In this document: positions 27,302 through 35,120 of the stretch, piece by piece | Layout of the letters: each line of letters opens with the position of its first letter | Position numbering within the stretch: position 1 is the first letter of the stretch | Assembly (NCBI GenBank): GCA_030651065.1 | Contig: JAUSCU010000025.1 | Location: forward strand, 1 to 36,898 | DNA: 36,898 nucleotides | Source of the DNA: Candidatus Omnitrophota bacterium | GTDB lineage: Bacteria; Omnitrophota; Gorgyraeia; 1-14-0-20-64-10 | Reading direction: 5' to 3' | Notes under the pieces: model-generated | Databases searched by the model: none | Told to the model about the DNA's origin: nothing | Seen by the model: the letters and a program-made list of their open reading frames with translations, nothing else | Made by a program: the position numbers and the translations under genes

Positions 27302-28406
27302 GGCGGACGGGACCCCTCGCATTGCAAAGCGGCATGGCGCAACCGTTTTTTTTCGACCGCCCGTGAAAGACGGCCGGCTGGACAGGGCGAGGAATTTCCT
27401 GATTGAGAAGGCCGCGCAGCCGTGGATTTTGTTTATTGACGCGGATGAGCAAATCGCTCGAAAGAGCATCCCCTTGCTCAGAGCTCTGATCCTGCGTCCA
27501 AAAGCGGACACCTATTATTTTCCGAGAAGAAATTATTCCGATACCCTTCCCGTTTTGTATGAATGGCATCCCTGCCGCCGGGAATATCCGCGGGAAGAGC
27601 GATTTTCCCGTTGTCACGGTTATTATGAAACGCCCCGGATCTGCCTTTTCAGAAATCAACCCCGGCTTCGCTATGAAGTTCCGGTTCATGATTCGCTCCT
27701 GCCTGCCATACAACGCCACGGCATTTGCATTCAACCGGCCGATCTGCCGATTCACCATTTTGAGTTTCACAAAGGAATGGGGCATCACATCGAGAAACAC
27801 CGGTTCTACGCGAAAATCCTCAAAAGGCTCATCCGCCGCGTCCCCGCATACACCCCCGCCTATTTTTCCGTTGTTCGCGATCTGATAGCCAGCGGCTCCA
27901 ATCCCAAGGAAACACTCCGCTTCGCGCAGCGCCTGACGGCGAAAGCTTCGCACTCGGACGACGCCTGGACATTACGGGGGGTCGTCGAAATGGAAGCTGG
28001 GCGATACCTGGAAGCGGAAGCTCATTTTAAAAAAGCCATCCGGCTTGAAAAATCCGCCCGGAACCTGTGCTTACTCGGCTGGCTTTATCTGAAAAAGGGG
28101 GATTATTCGTTATCCGAGAAAATCCTGAAGGAATCGCTTGGAAAATCGCCTCTCCAACCGCTCACCTTGAATCTGTTGGGAATCGCGCGGGAAAGGACGG
28201 GGGAAATAAAAAAAGCGCTCCGCTCTTTTTCAGAAGCCGGCAGGATCCATCCCGGCTACGCCGAGAGCTTTTATAATCAGGCCGTGATCCGGGGGCGTTT
28301 AGGGGACCTGCGCGGGTCGAGAAAGAATTACGAGAGGTCGCGTCAGCTCTTTTCGGCGATGAGGATGTGGCGCATCGAGTCGGGCGTCGGCGGATCGGCA
28401 TCGTAG
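27186..28406 (+). CDS. GT2 glycosyltransferase with C-terminal TPR repeats (copy 1)
   Basis: TLNEA..LP.CL, DTGSADGT, ARN, WILFIDADE, VHD; TPRs AWTLRG...AEAHFKKAI, LNLLG, FYNQA; ATGA coupling to the upstream gene. Confidence 0.9.
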   Translation: MKLPLSLLVLTLNEAKTLPFCLAPLKDHVSEILVCDTGSADGTPRIAKRHGATVFFRPPVKDGRLDRARNFLIEKAAQPWILFIDADEQIARKSIPLLRALILRPKADTYYFPRRNYSDTLPVLYEWHPCRREYPREERFSRCHGYYETPRICLFRNQPRLRYEVPVHDSLLPAIQRHGICIQPADLPIHHFEFHKGMGHHIEKHRFYAKILKRLIRRVPAYTPAYFSVVRDLIASGSNPKETLRFAQRLTAKASHSDDAWTLRGVVEMEAGRYLEAEAHFKKAIRLEKSARNLCLLGWLYLKKGDYSLSEKILKESLGKSPLQPLTLNLLGIARERTGEIKKALRSFSEAGRIHPGYAESFYNQAVIRGRLGDLRGSRKNYERSRQLFSAMRMWRIESGVGGSAS

Positions 28407-29158
28407 TTTCCGCAGACCTGCTTGAGCGCGAGGCCAGCTTTTCGAAACATCGCTTCAAGTTCTTCAACGGCGTAGATTCGAATAGAAAACGAGAACTCCT
28501 TGCGTTTCCCGTTCTTTAAAATTCTAATTCTCTTCTGGACGTTGCGCCCCGTGGCGGGGTCAAATTGTCTTTCCACGAGGACCGCCGAACCATCGGAAAA
28601 TTGCTGCCAGTCCTTTACCTTCTCGCGGTAGGTACGGGCGATGTAGTCCCGGTTCATGATGTCGAGCACGAACCTGCCACCCCGCTTCAACGCCTTCGCT
28701 GTTTGATCAAGGGTTTTTTGATCTTCTTCATCGCTTTCCAGGCAACCGAAAGCACTAAAGAGGTTCAGCGCGACATCGAACGTGTCCTCGAAAGGAATCT
28801 CGCGCATGTCTCCCCTGACCCAACGCACAGAAACCTCGGCACGGTTTGCCGCTTTTTTCGCTTCGTCGAGGAAAAACGAGTTAAGGTCCTGTCCGGTGAC
28901 ATGGTAGCTGCGGCGCGCCAACTCGATCGAATGGCGCCCGTGGCCGCAGGGGCAATCCAAGATTTCATCGCCTCGCTTGAGCGCGAGCGTCTTTTCAAGA
29001 AAATCAATCTCCGCGAGAGTTCTCTCCGGCGTGAGATCGTATACGTACTCTTTCAGATAATGGGGGCCGAAAAATCCGGCCTTTTCACTGTACCAGGGGG
29101 CTTGAAACGGATGAACACGCGCAATCGCAGACCTAACAGCTTGCCGCAGGGGCAACAA
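28343..29158 (-). CDS. Class I SAM-dependent methyltransferase (copy 1, intact)
   Basis: ILDCPCGHGRHS motif I, TGQD, GDMREIPF, FDVALNLFSAFG, LKRGGRFVLD; TTG start uncertain. Confidence 0.9.
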   Translation of the reverse strand: MLPLRQAVRSAIARVHPFQAPWYSEKAGFFGPHYLKEYVYDLTPERTLAEIDFLEKTLALKRGDEILDCPCGHGRHSIELARRSYHVTGQDLNSFFLDEAKKAANRAEVSVRWVRGDMREIPFEDTFDVALNLFSAFGCLESDEEDQKTLDQTAKALKRGGRFVLDIMNRDYIARTYREKVKDWQQFSDGSAVLVERQFDPATGRNVQKRIRILKNGKRKEFSFSIRIYAVEELEAMFRKAGLALKQVCGNYDADPPTPDSMRHILIAEKS

Positions 29159-29179
29159 GAACCCTTTTGGGCCGCTCTC

Positions 29180-29293
29180 TTAGGTGGCTGAAGAAACCAT
29201 GAAACGGATATTCCCCTCGCGAGTCGCCTTGGGCGGCTCGTAGACCGCTTTCTTATCCGAACCGGATTGTTTTGAGGCTTTCTTGTTCTTCAT
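29180..29293 (-). CDS. Putative RiPP precursor peptide 1 (37 aa)
   Basis: Not in the ORF track. AAAAGGAGGG RBS; MKNKKASKQSGSDKKAVYEPPKATREGNIRFMVSSAT*; lasso-type YxxP..G leader motif; paralogous to 31517-31651. Confidence 0.85.
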   Translation of the reverse strand: MKNKKASKQSGSDKKAVYEPPKATREGNIRFMVSSAT

Positions 29294-29443
29294 GGAGTCC
29301 CTCCTTTTTATCCTTCAACGTTTTACAGCGCTACTCTATAAAAGATATCATAGATATGACACTCTGGGAAAATTAACTGACCTTTTTCTTGGAGCTGGTT
29401 TTTATTCTTCACGCTTTTGCACAGCTTTCATAATATAGGGCAT

Positions 29444-29596
29444 CCTGGGAGGGACAGCTCGTCTGTCTGAGGTTTGCGTTGTGAAACTGCCGCTCTCCCT
29501 CCTCGTTCTTACGCTGAATGAGGCCAAAACGCTTCCCTCCTGTCTCGCGCCGCTGAAAGACCATGTTTCGGAGATCCTGGTCTGCGACACCGGATC
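29444..29596 (+). repeat. 153-bp near-identical block, copy 2 (duplication junction)
   Basis: Begins with an orphan remnant of the GNAT gene 3' end (WEGQLVCLRFAL*) directly after AT-rich intergenic DNA. Confidence 0.9.
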
Positions 29597-30692
29597 CACG
29601 GATGGAACCCCTCGAATCGCGAAACAGCTCGGCGCGACCGTTTACTTTAAACCACCCCTAAAGAACGGGCAGTTCCATCAGATCAGAAACTTTTTGCTAA
29701 AAAAAGCCGCGCACCCCTGGATTCTGTTTATTGACGCGGATGAGCGAATTGCCCAAAAAGACATTCCTTCTCTCAAAGAACTAATCTTGCGTCCAAAAGC
29801 GGATGTCTATTCCTTTACAAGACGAAATTACTCCAATCTGCTTCCCTTCCTGTATGAATGGCATCCGTGCCGCGGAGAATACCGAAAGGAAGAGCTGTTT
29901 TCCCGCTGCCACGGTTATTATGAAACATCCCGGATATGCCTTTTCAGGAACATCCCTCAACTCCGTTACGAACTTCCAATCCACGAAACGCTAGCGCTTT
30001 CCATACAACACACCGGCATTCGCATTCAATCGGCCGCTTTCCGAATTCACCATTTTGAATTTCGTAAAGGGGTGGCGCATCACCTTAAAAAACACCGTTT
30101 CTACGCGAAAATCCTTAAGAAGTCGGCTCATCGTTTGCCCGAATACACGCCGGCCTATCTTTCCCTGGTCAGCGATTTGATGGCCTGCGGCGGCTCGGCC
30201 AAAGAAACAATCCATTTCGCCCGGCGGTTGACTACACAAGTTCCATGGTCGGACACCGCTTGGAACCTAAGGGGCGTCGCAGAAATGGAAGCCGGCCGGC
30301 ATAGGGAATCGGAATTGCATTTCAAAAAAGCGATCCAACTAAAAAAATCGGCCCGAAACCTGTGCTTGCTTGGTTGGCTCTACCTGAAGAAAAGAGATTA
30401 TTCATTATCTAAAAAAATGCTGAAAGAATCTCTCGGAAAATCGCCTTCCCAGCCCCTTACTTTGAACCTGCTGGGGATCGCTCACGAAAGGACCGGGGTG
30501 ATGCGCGAAGCTCTTCGTTTTTTCTCGGAAGCCGGACGGATCCATCCCGGCTACGCCGAGAGTTTTTACAATCAAGCGGTGGTCCAGGGACGTTTAGGAG
30601 ACCTGCGCCGCTCAAAACAAAATTTCAACCGAGCGCGCCGGCTTATGTCAGCTTTTATCGGCGACGACGATGCAGCGCAGAGAGTCCGCTGA
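29481..30692 (+). CDS. GT2 glycosyltransferase with C-terminal TPR repeats (copy 2)
   Basis: Colinear paralogue of 27186-28406; GTG start; DTGSTDGT, WILFIDADE, IHE, TPRs. Confidence 0.9.
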   Translation: MKLPLSLLVLTLNEAKTLPSCLAPLKDHVSEILVCDTGSTDGTPRIAKQLGATVYFKPPLKNGQFHQIRNFLLKKAAHPWILFIDADERIAQKDIPSLKELILRPKADVYSFTRRNYSNLLPFLYEWHPCRGEYRKEELFSRCHGYYETSRICLFRNIPQLRYELPIHETLALSIQHTGIRIQSAAFRIHHFEFRKGVAHHLKKHRFYAKILKKSAHRLPEYTPAYLSLVSDLMACGGSAKETIHFARRLTTQVPWSDTAWNLRGVAEMEAGRHRESELHFKKAIQLKKSARNLCLLGWLYLKKRDYSLSKKMLKESLGKSPSQPLTLNLLGIAHERTGVMREALRFFSEAGRIHPGYAESFYNQAVVQGRLGDLRRSKQNFNRARRLMSAFIGDDDAAQRVR

Positions 30693-31472
30693 GAGGGGAT
30701 CGGCATTGTGGCTTCCATACATCTTCTTAATCGTCAGCCCGGCTTTGCGCAACATTCCCGCAAGCTCCTCAACGGTATAGACGCGAATGAATAACGAGAA
30801 TTCTTCGCGATGGCCGTCTTTGCGAATCCTGATTCGCCTCTGAAGATTGCGTCCGGTCGCGCGGTCAAACTGCCTTTCAACCATAACCGCTGAGCCGTCG
30901 GAAAACTGTTACCAGTCCTTCACTTTCTCACCGTAGGCGCGGACAACATATTCCCGGTTCATGGTGTCGAGCATGAATTTGCCGCTGCGTTTCAGCGCCT
31001 TTCCTACTCGATCGAGAGCATTCTGATCCTCCTCGTCGTTCTCCAAGCAGCCAAAAGTGCTGAAGAGGTTCAGCGCAATATCGAACTTGTCCTCGAAAGG
31101 AATTTCGCGCATATCGCGCTTGATCCAACGCACCGAAACCTGAGCGCGCTGGGCGGCATTCCGCGCTTCGCGAAGAAAAAACGAGCTAATGTCCTGTCCG
31201 GTGACCTGATAGCCGCGCCGCGCTAATTCAATCGAGTGGCGCCCGTGACCGCAGGGGCAATCCAAAATCTCAGCGCCCGGTTTGAGCGCGAGCGCCTTTT
31301 CGAGAAAATCAATCTCTGCCAGAGTTTTTTTGGGCGCGATATCGTACGCGAATTCTTTCAGATAGTCCGGGCTGTAAAAACCGGCTTTTTCGCTGTACCA
31401 CGGAACTTGAAGGGATTCCTGCCTTGCAGCATAAATGAGGGCGCGCATCCGGGTAACGACAGGCCTAACCAC
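30648..31472 (-). pseudogene. Class I SAM methyltransferase copy 2, interrupted by an in-frame TAA at 30909-30911
   Basis: KVKDW*QFSDGSAVMVERQFD versus KVKDWQQFSDGSAVLVERQFD in copy 1; the frame is preserved on both sides of the stop. Confidence 0.85.
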
Positions 31473-31516
31473 CCGTTTGGCAATGCCGATAATTCCTTTA
31501 ATGGGAGAGACTGCTA

Positions 31517-31651
31517 TTAATAAATAGCTGCAATCATCTGGCGGATGTTTCCCTCCAGGGTCATGCGGGGAGGTTCATAGGAAGCTTGCTTGCCTGAATC
31601 CGCCGGGCGATCTGAAACCGATTTACCCTGAAGTTTTCTCTTTTTGTTCAT
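31517..31651 (-). CDS. Putative RiPP precursor peptide 2 (44 aa)
   Basis: Not in the ORF track. GGAGGG RBS; MNKKRKLQGKSVSDRPADSGKQASYEPPRMTLEGNIRQMIAAIY followed by a TAA TAG double stop; directly downstream of PqqD 2. Confidence 0.85.
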   Translation of the reverse strand: MNKKRKLQGKSVSDRPADSGKQASYEPPRMTLEGNIRQMIAAIY

Positions 31652-31705
31652 ATTCGCATCCCTCCGTCTTCTAGTGAATTATGCCATAAAAATTCCCCAG
31701 GCTAT

Positions 31706-31975
31706 TCAAAGGAATCGAACGAATCTCTCTCTCCGAAGTTCTTCAAAATATTGCTCGACATCCATGGCGGCTTGCTCGCGAGGAATTCCATATTTTTCAG
31801 AAAAACGACCGGCGATCTCGCTGAGCAATCTTTTTCCGTCCATTTCCTTCCATAGATACCCACCGGCTTTGTTCAAAAAACGATAGTTGCCATTTTCAAC
31901 ATCCAGAATGATCCCCTCTTTCCATTTGGACTTAAAAAGAACGCCTTTGGCTGGTGCCGGTCTCTTGTTTTTCAC
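31706..31975 (-). CDS. PqqD family protein / RRE 2
   Basis: IILDVENGNYRFLNKAGGYLWKEMDGKRLLSEIAGRFSEKYGI...DVEQYFEEL; GTGA coupling to the upstream gene. Confidence 0.9.
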   Translation of the reverse strand: MKNKRPAPAKGVLFKSKWKEGIILDVENGNYRFLNKAGGYLWKEMDGKRLLSEIAGRFSEKYGIPREQAAMDVEQYFEELRRERFVRFL

Positions 31976-33633
31976 GCTTTTTCTACCGCCTTTACCATAT
32001 CCGGTATTCCGGAGGGACCATAGGTCAGCTCAAATCCCCGCGCCTCATGCGCCAGACGATTTAGAATGGCGCCGTGCGTTCGCCACAATAGGTCCCGCTG
32101 TCCATAACCGCAGTTCATCTTGTAATAATCATCGGACTTCAACCTATCAAGCGTTTGAGCGACAGACAACGGCTTCAGCGTCAACCCCCCGTTTTCCCGA
32201 AACTTGGGGAAAATGAGTTTTCTCACGCGGCAAACACTCCCTAATGGACCATCCCAAACGGCCTGAGGATGAATGCAGTGCTTGCCAACCGATCTTTCAT
32301 AATGGAATTTCTTTCGAGCCCCCGGAAAATTGCGCAAAGATACCGCCGGCAACGCTATCCGGTTTGGAAAACTTTTTCCGACCACTCCAGTTCCATCCAT
32401 TTGGATAATAGGATGCTCATCGGAATAATAACGGTATCCGGACCGCAAAAAGACCACGGATAAGGTGCTTTTCCCTGCCCCGCTTTGCCCCATGAACAGT
32501 ATCCCGTTATTTTGTTTTGAGACCAAAGCCCCATGCACCAACGTGGCTCCGCTTCTTAACAGCAAAAAGGATACCGGGAAGAGGAGGATGTTGTGATACA
32601 ACGCGTTTTCAGGGAGCGCTTGCCCCGTTTTCAAAAGAATCAGCGCCTCGGCATGGCGGGACGAAAAAGAGCATCCGATGCCGTCTTCCCACCATCGGCG
32701 CAGAGCGCACGCTTCGAGATCGCTGCCGGGATAGAATACCCCGGAACTTTTGTGACGCATATTGAGAAGCAGATCGGATGGGCCAAATTTCGCCGGAACG
32801 CTCCAAGGCCGGACGGGACAACAGAGATTTTTTCTGAGCAGAGAAAAACATTCCGGATCCGCCGAAAGAAGCCGGATCTTCCAGCCATGAAGCTGAAAGC
32901 TGACGCCGCGCGAAGCCTGCGGCAGATCGATCGCGTCCCGGGTGAGCACATTCGCGCTGCCGTCCCACCGGACAAGCCGATCCGTTAAACTGCCGGAACG
33001 CAACCGCTGAACATAGACGCAACGATCGATAAAATAAAACCGGGTCTTGCCCCAAAGACGCATAAGAAGATTCGTATCATGAGCGACCTTCAATCCAGGA
33101 TGATAACCGCCTGCGGCCCGGAGAACCGATTTCCTGAACATCACGCCTCCGTGAAAAGTGTGCCAGGGAAAACGCTGAAGGAGGCCGCTCTTCATCGGAA
33201 AACGGTTCGATTTATTTCCAAGAGGACTCGCCCACCCGAGTATTTCTTCTCGATCCCTTTTAAAAACAATGGCGTTCCCTAACACAACTCCAACTTGGGG
33301 GTATTGGTCAAAAATGCGCGCCCCCTCCGCGAGCCTTCCCGCCAGCATGATATCGTCGGAATCGTGAGGCGCTATGTACCTCCCGCGGGCATGCTTGCGG
33401 ATGTGGTTATGCCCGTATGAAGCGCCGCGATTCCGCTTGACCCGAAAAATCCGGACCCGGGCATCCTTCGCGTAAGACTGTGCTATCGCAAAAGTTCGAT
33501 CGGTTGAGCCGTCGTCATAAATGATGAGTTCGAAAGAGATTCCCTTCTGCTTCAGAACGCTTTCGATGGACGCGGCGAGAAATCGTTCGGCATTGTAGGC
33601 GGGCATTGCCACGGTGACCTTGGGATTTTTCAT
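31972..33633 (-). CDS. GT2 glycosyltransferase - HprK-related kinase fusion (alternative start 33654)
   Basis: N-terminal VAMPAYNAE, YDDGSTD, HDSDD (GT2). C-terminal LVHGA...LFMGQSGAGKSTL...YYSDE (HPr kinase-like P-loop). Confidence 0.85.
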   Translation of the reverse strand: MKNPKVTVAMPAYNAERFLAASIESVLKQKGISFELIIYDDGSTDRTFAIAQSYAKDARVRIFRVKRNRGASYGHNHIRKHARGRYIAPHDSDDIMLAGRLAEGARIFDQYPQVGVVLGNAIVFKRDREEILGWASPLGNKSNRFPMKSGLLQRFPWHTFHGGVMFRKSVLRAAGGYHPGLKVAHDTNLLMRLWGKTRFYFIDRCVYVQRLRSGSLTDRLVRWDGSANVLTRDAIDLPQASRGVSFQLHGWKIRLLSADPECFSLLRKNLCCPVRPWSVPAKFGPSDLLLNMRHKSSGVFYPGSDLEACALRRWWEDGIGCSFSSRHAEALILLKTGQALPENALYHNILLFPVSFLLLRSGATLVHGALVSKQNNGILFMGQSGAGKSTLSVVFLRSGYRYYSDEHPIIQMDGTGVVGKSFPNRIALPAVSLRNFPGARKKFHYERSVGKHCIHPQAVWDGPLGSVCRVRKLIFPKFRENGGLTLKPLSVAQTLDRLKSDDYYKMNCGYGQRDLLWRTHGAILNRLAHEARGFELTYGPSGIPDMVKAVEKA

Positions 33634-33634
33634 C

Positions 33635-34879
33635 CTAGCCCTTGGCCTTTCCATGGATCACGCGCGACAAGATGCCGATCATTCGCATGGGAAGAACACC
33701 GATCCTCTTCATGAAGTACAAGGGCCTGCTCGAAAGATATTCCGAAGAGGCCCGGGCCCTTTGCCGTTCAAATGAAATCCACCATTCCAGGAAAACACCC
33801 CAACCAAAGGCAAGCGCAGGACAATTCAGCAGCGACATCCGGATCTCCTCCGCCCCGGAAATTCCTTGCTCGATCTCCTGCGGGCGCCGCAAGACGTTCG
33901 GAACCTGGAGATCGGAACCTAAGGCCAGGGAAAGGACCGTTTTTCTGTAGCGGACCGGGAGACGGATCCCCCGGAAACGCTCTACCAGACCCAGAGACAC
34001 TGCCATCGCTGTCGTCAGTCCGGTACGGTGTGCGATTCCGAAAACATCCTCCCAGTCGATTTCTGTTCCATGTCGCTCGATAAGACAAGCCATGTCATTC
34101 ACAAGGTAGATTTGCGGCTTTCCGTCTTTCAGCAAATTAATACTTAAATAGATTATATGCCCCGCAGGGGACAACCCGGGGCAAGAGTGTGCGGTTTGGG
34201 TCCGGTAAGAATTCCACGGAACGGGACGGCATTGCCCTCGGAGCCACTGCAGAAGACGGCCGGCGGAATCCCCCTTTAGATGAAAATTGGAAGGCGTTCG
34301 GAGGAGCTCGAGAGCGATGGGGTTTTCCTCTACGCCGGTTTTTATGAACGGGAGGTCGTGATCTATTTTCCAGTGCTCTTGCCAAGTAAGCGGAAACCGG
34401 GGTTGGAACCTAAAATCCAAGGATTCGACAATGCGTACAGCGTCCGAAAGCTGCTTCTCTTCTCCGAATATCAGCACATCCAGATCGGCGCTTCCTCTGG
34501 AAATGGGAATTTCCCCATAAATCCAGCGGTGCGAGAGAGGACCCTTGACCGCGGCGAACGGGAGATCGGAATCGGACAAGGCGGAGCACAGCTGCTCAAG
34601 AGCAGCTCCTTGAATAAAATCCTTTCCCATCGCCCAAGAGTACTCCGCAGTCATCTTGCGGTTGATTTCAGCCGGCAGTTCTTTCGAAATCGGCTCCAGA
34701 TGAAACCAGAGGTAGCCGTTCAAATGGTGCGCGTTCATGAGAGAGAAAATGCGCGGCCAATCCGTTGGGCGAAGAACCCGAAGCTTGTTTAAGTACTCTT
34801 CTTTGGGATGACGGTGATAAGAGGAGCAGAGGAAGACGAACTCTTCGCAAGCCGTAAGGGGATCGGAGCTATCGCTCAT
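33635..34879 (-). CDS. Nucleotidyltransferase family protein (NTP_transf_5-like)
   Basis: DWPRIFSLMNAHHL helical N-terminus, then AVKGP....IYG...RGSADLDVLI (KG...R..DxD). Start at MSDSSDPL; the longer ORF-track version runs into tRNA-derived DNA. Confidence 0.82.
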   Translation of the reverse strand: MSDSSDPLTACEEFVFLCSSYHRHPKEEYLNKLRVLRPTDWPRIFSLMNAHHLNGYLWFHLEPISKELPAEINRKMTAEYSWAMGKDFIQGAALEQLCSALSDSDLPFAAVKGPLSHRWIYGEIPISRGSADLDVLIFGEEKQLSDAVRIVESLDFRFQPRFPLTWQEHWKIDHDLPFIKTGVEENPIALELLRTPSNFHLKGDSAGRLLQWLRGQCRPVPWNSYRTQTAHSCPGLSPAGHIIYLSINLLKDGKPQIYLVNDMACLIERHGTEIDWEDVFGIAHRTGLTTAMAVSLGLVERFRGIRLPVRYRKTVLSLALGSDLQVPNVLRRPQEIEQGISGAEEIRMSLLNCPALAFGWGVFLEWWISFERQRARASSEYLSSRPLYFMKRIGVLPMRMIGILSRVIHGKAKG

Positions 34880-34924
34880 AACCCTATTGTCCCTTCCTTG
34901 CGTCTGGTTCGTCTGGTACCAAAA

Positions 34925-35076
34925 TGGTTGCCCCGCTAGGATTCGGCGCCGAGCCCGGCCGCTCCGCGGCCACGGTGCTCGGTCGCCACTCGGCCTCGGT
35001 GGAGTCCCGTGCTCCTGCACGTCGCACGGCCTGCATAAAAGAAGCTCGGCCTCACTTCGAATCCCAGAGGGAAACC
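34925..35076. repeat. Palindromic tRNA-3'-end-derived element
   Basis: Left arm TGGTTGCCCCGCTAGGATTCG (34925-34945) contains an exact 18-bp copy of the tRNA-Gln 3' end plus CCA. Right arm CGAATCCCAGAGGGAAACC (35058-35076) is an imperfect inverse. Inner pair GCCGAGC/GCTCGGC. Confidence 0.75.
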
Positions 35077-35078
35077 TG

Positions 35079-35116
35079 ATGAAGCCGTTCGAACCAAAAG
35101 GTTCAGCCGGCTTCAT
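35079..35116 (-). terminator. Hairpin immediately 3' of tRNA-Gln
   Basis: ATGAAGCCG..GAACC-AAAA-GGTTC..CGGCTTCAT. Confidence 0.65.
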
Positions 35117-35120
35117 AAAA

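Noticed and set aside
29158-29293. Precursor 1 is in frame with methyltransferase 1 (TAA plus 21 nt), suggesting read-through or a leader-enzyme fusion
   Set aside because: The paralogous module has a TAA TAG double stop and a different frame, so this is probably a 1-in-3 coincidence.
30909-30911. Recoded stop (Sec/Pyl or alternative genetic code)
   Set aside because: The codon is TAA, which ends many genes here normally, and the paralogue has Gln; a single substitution explains it.
25854-34879. Canonical lasso peptide, PQQ or SynChlorMet-type cluster
   Set aside because: No lasso cyclase, B2 protease, PqqB/C/E or radical SAM gene is present, and the peptide tails cannot form a macrolactam.
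34880-35116. N-terminal extension of the nucleotidyltransferase ORF (493 aa in the track)
   Set aside because: It runs through the tRNA hairpin and the palindromic element; protein-like sequence starts at Met 34879.
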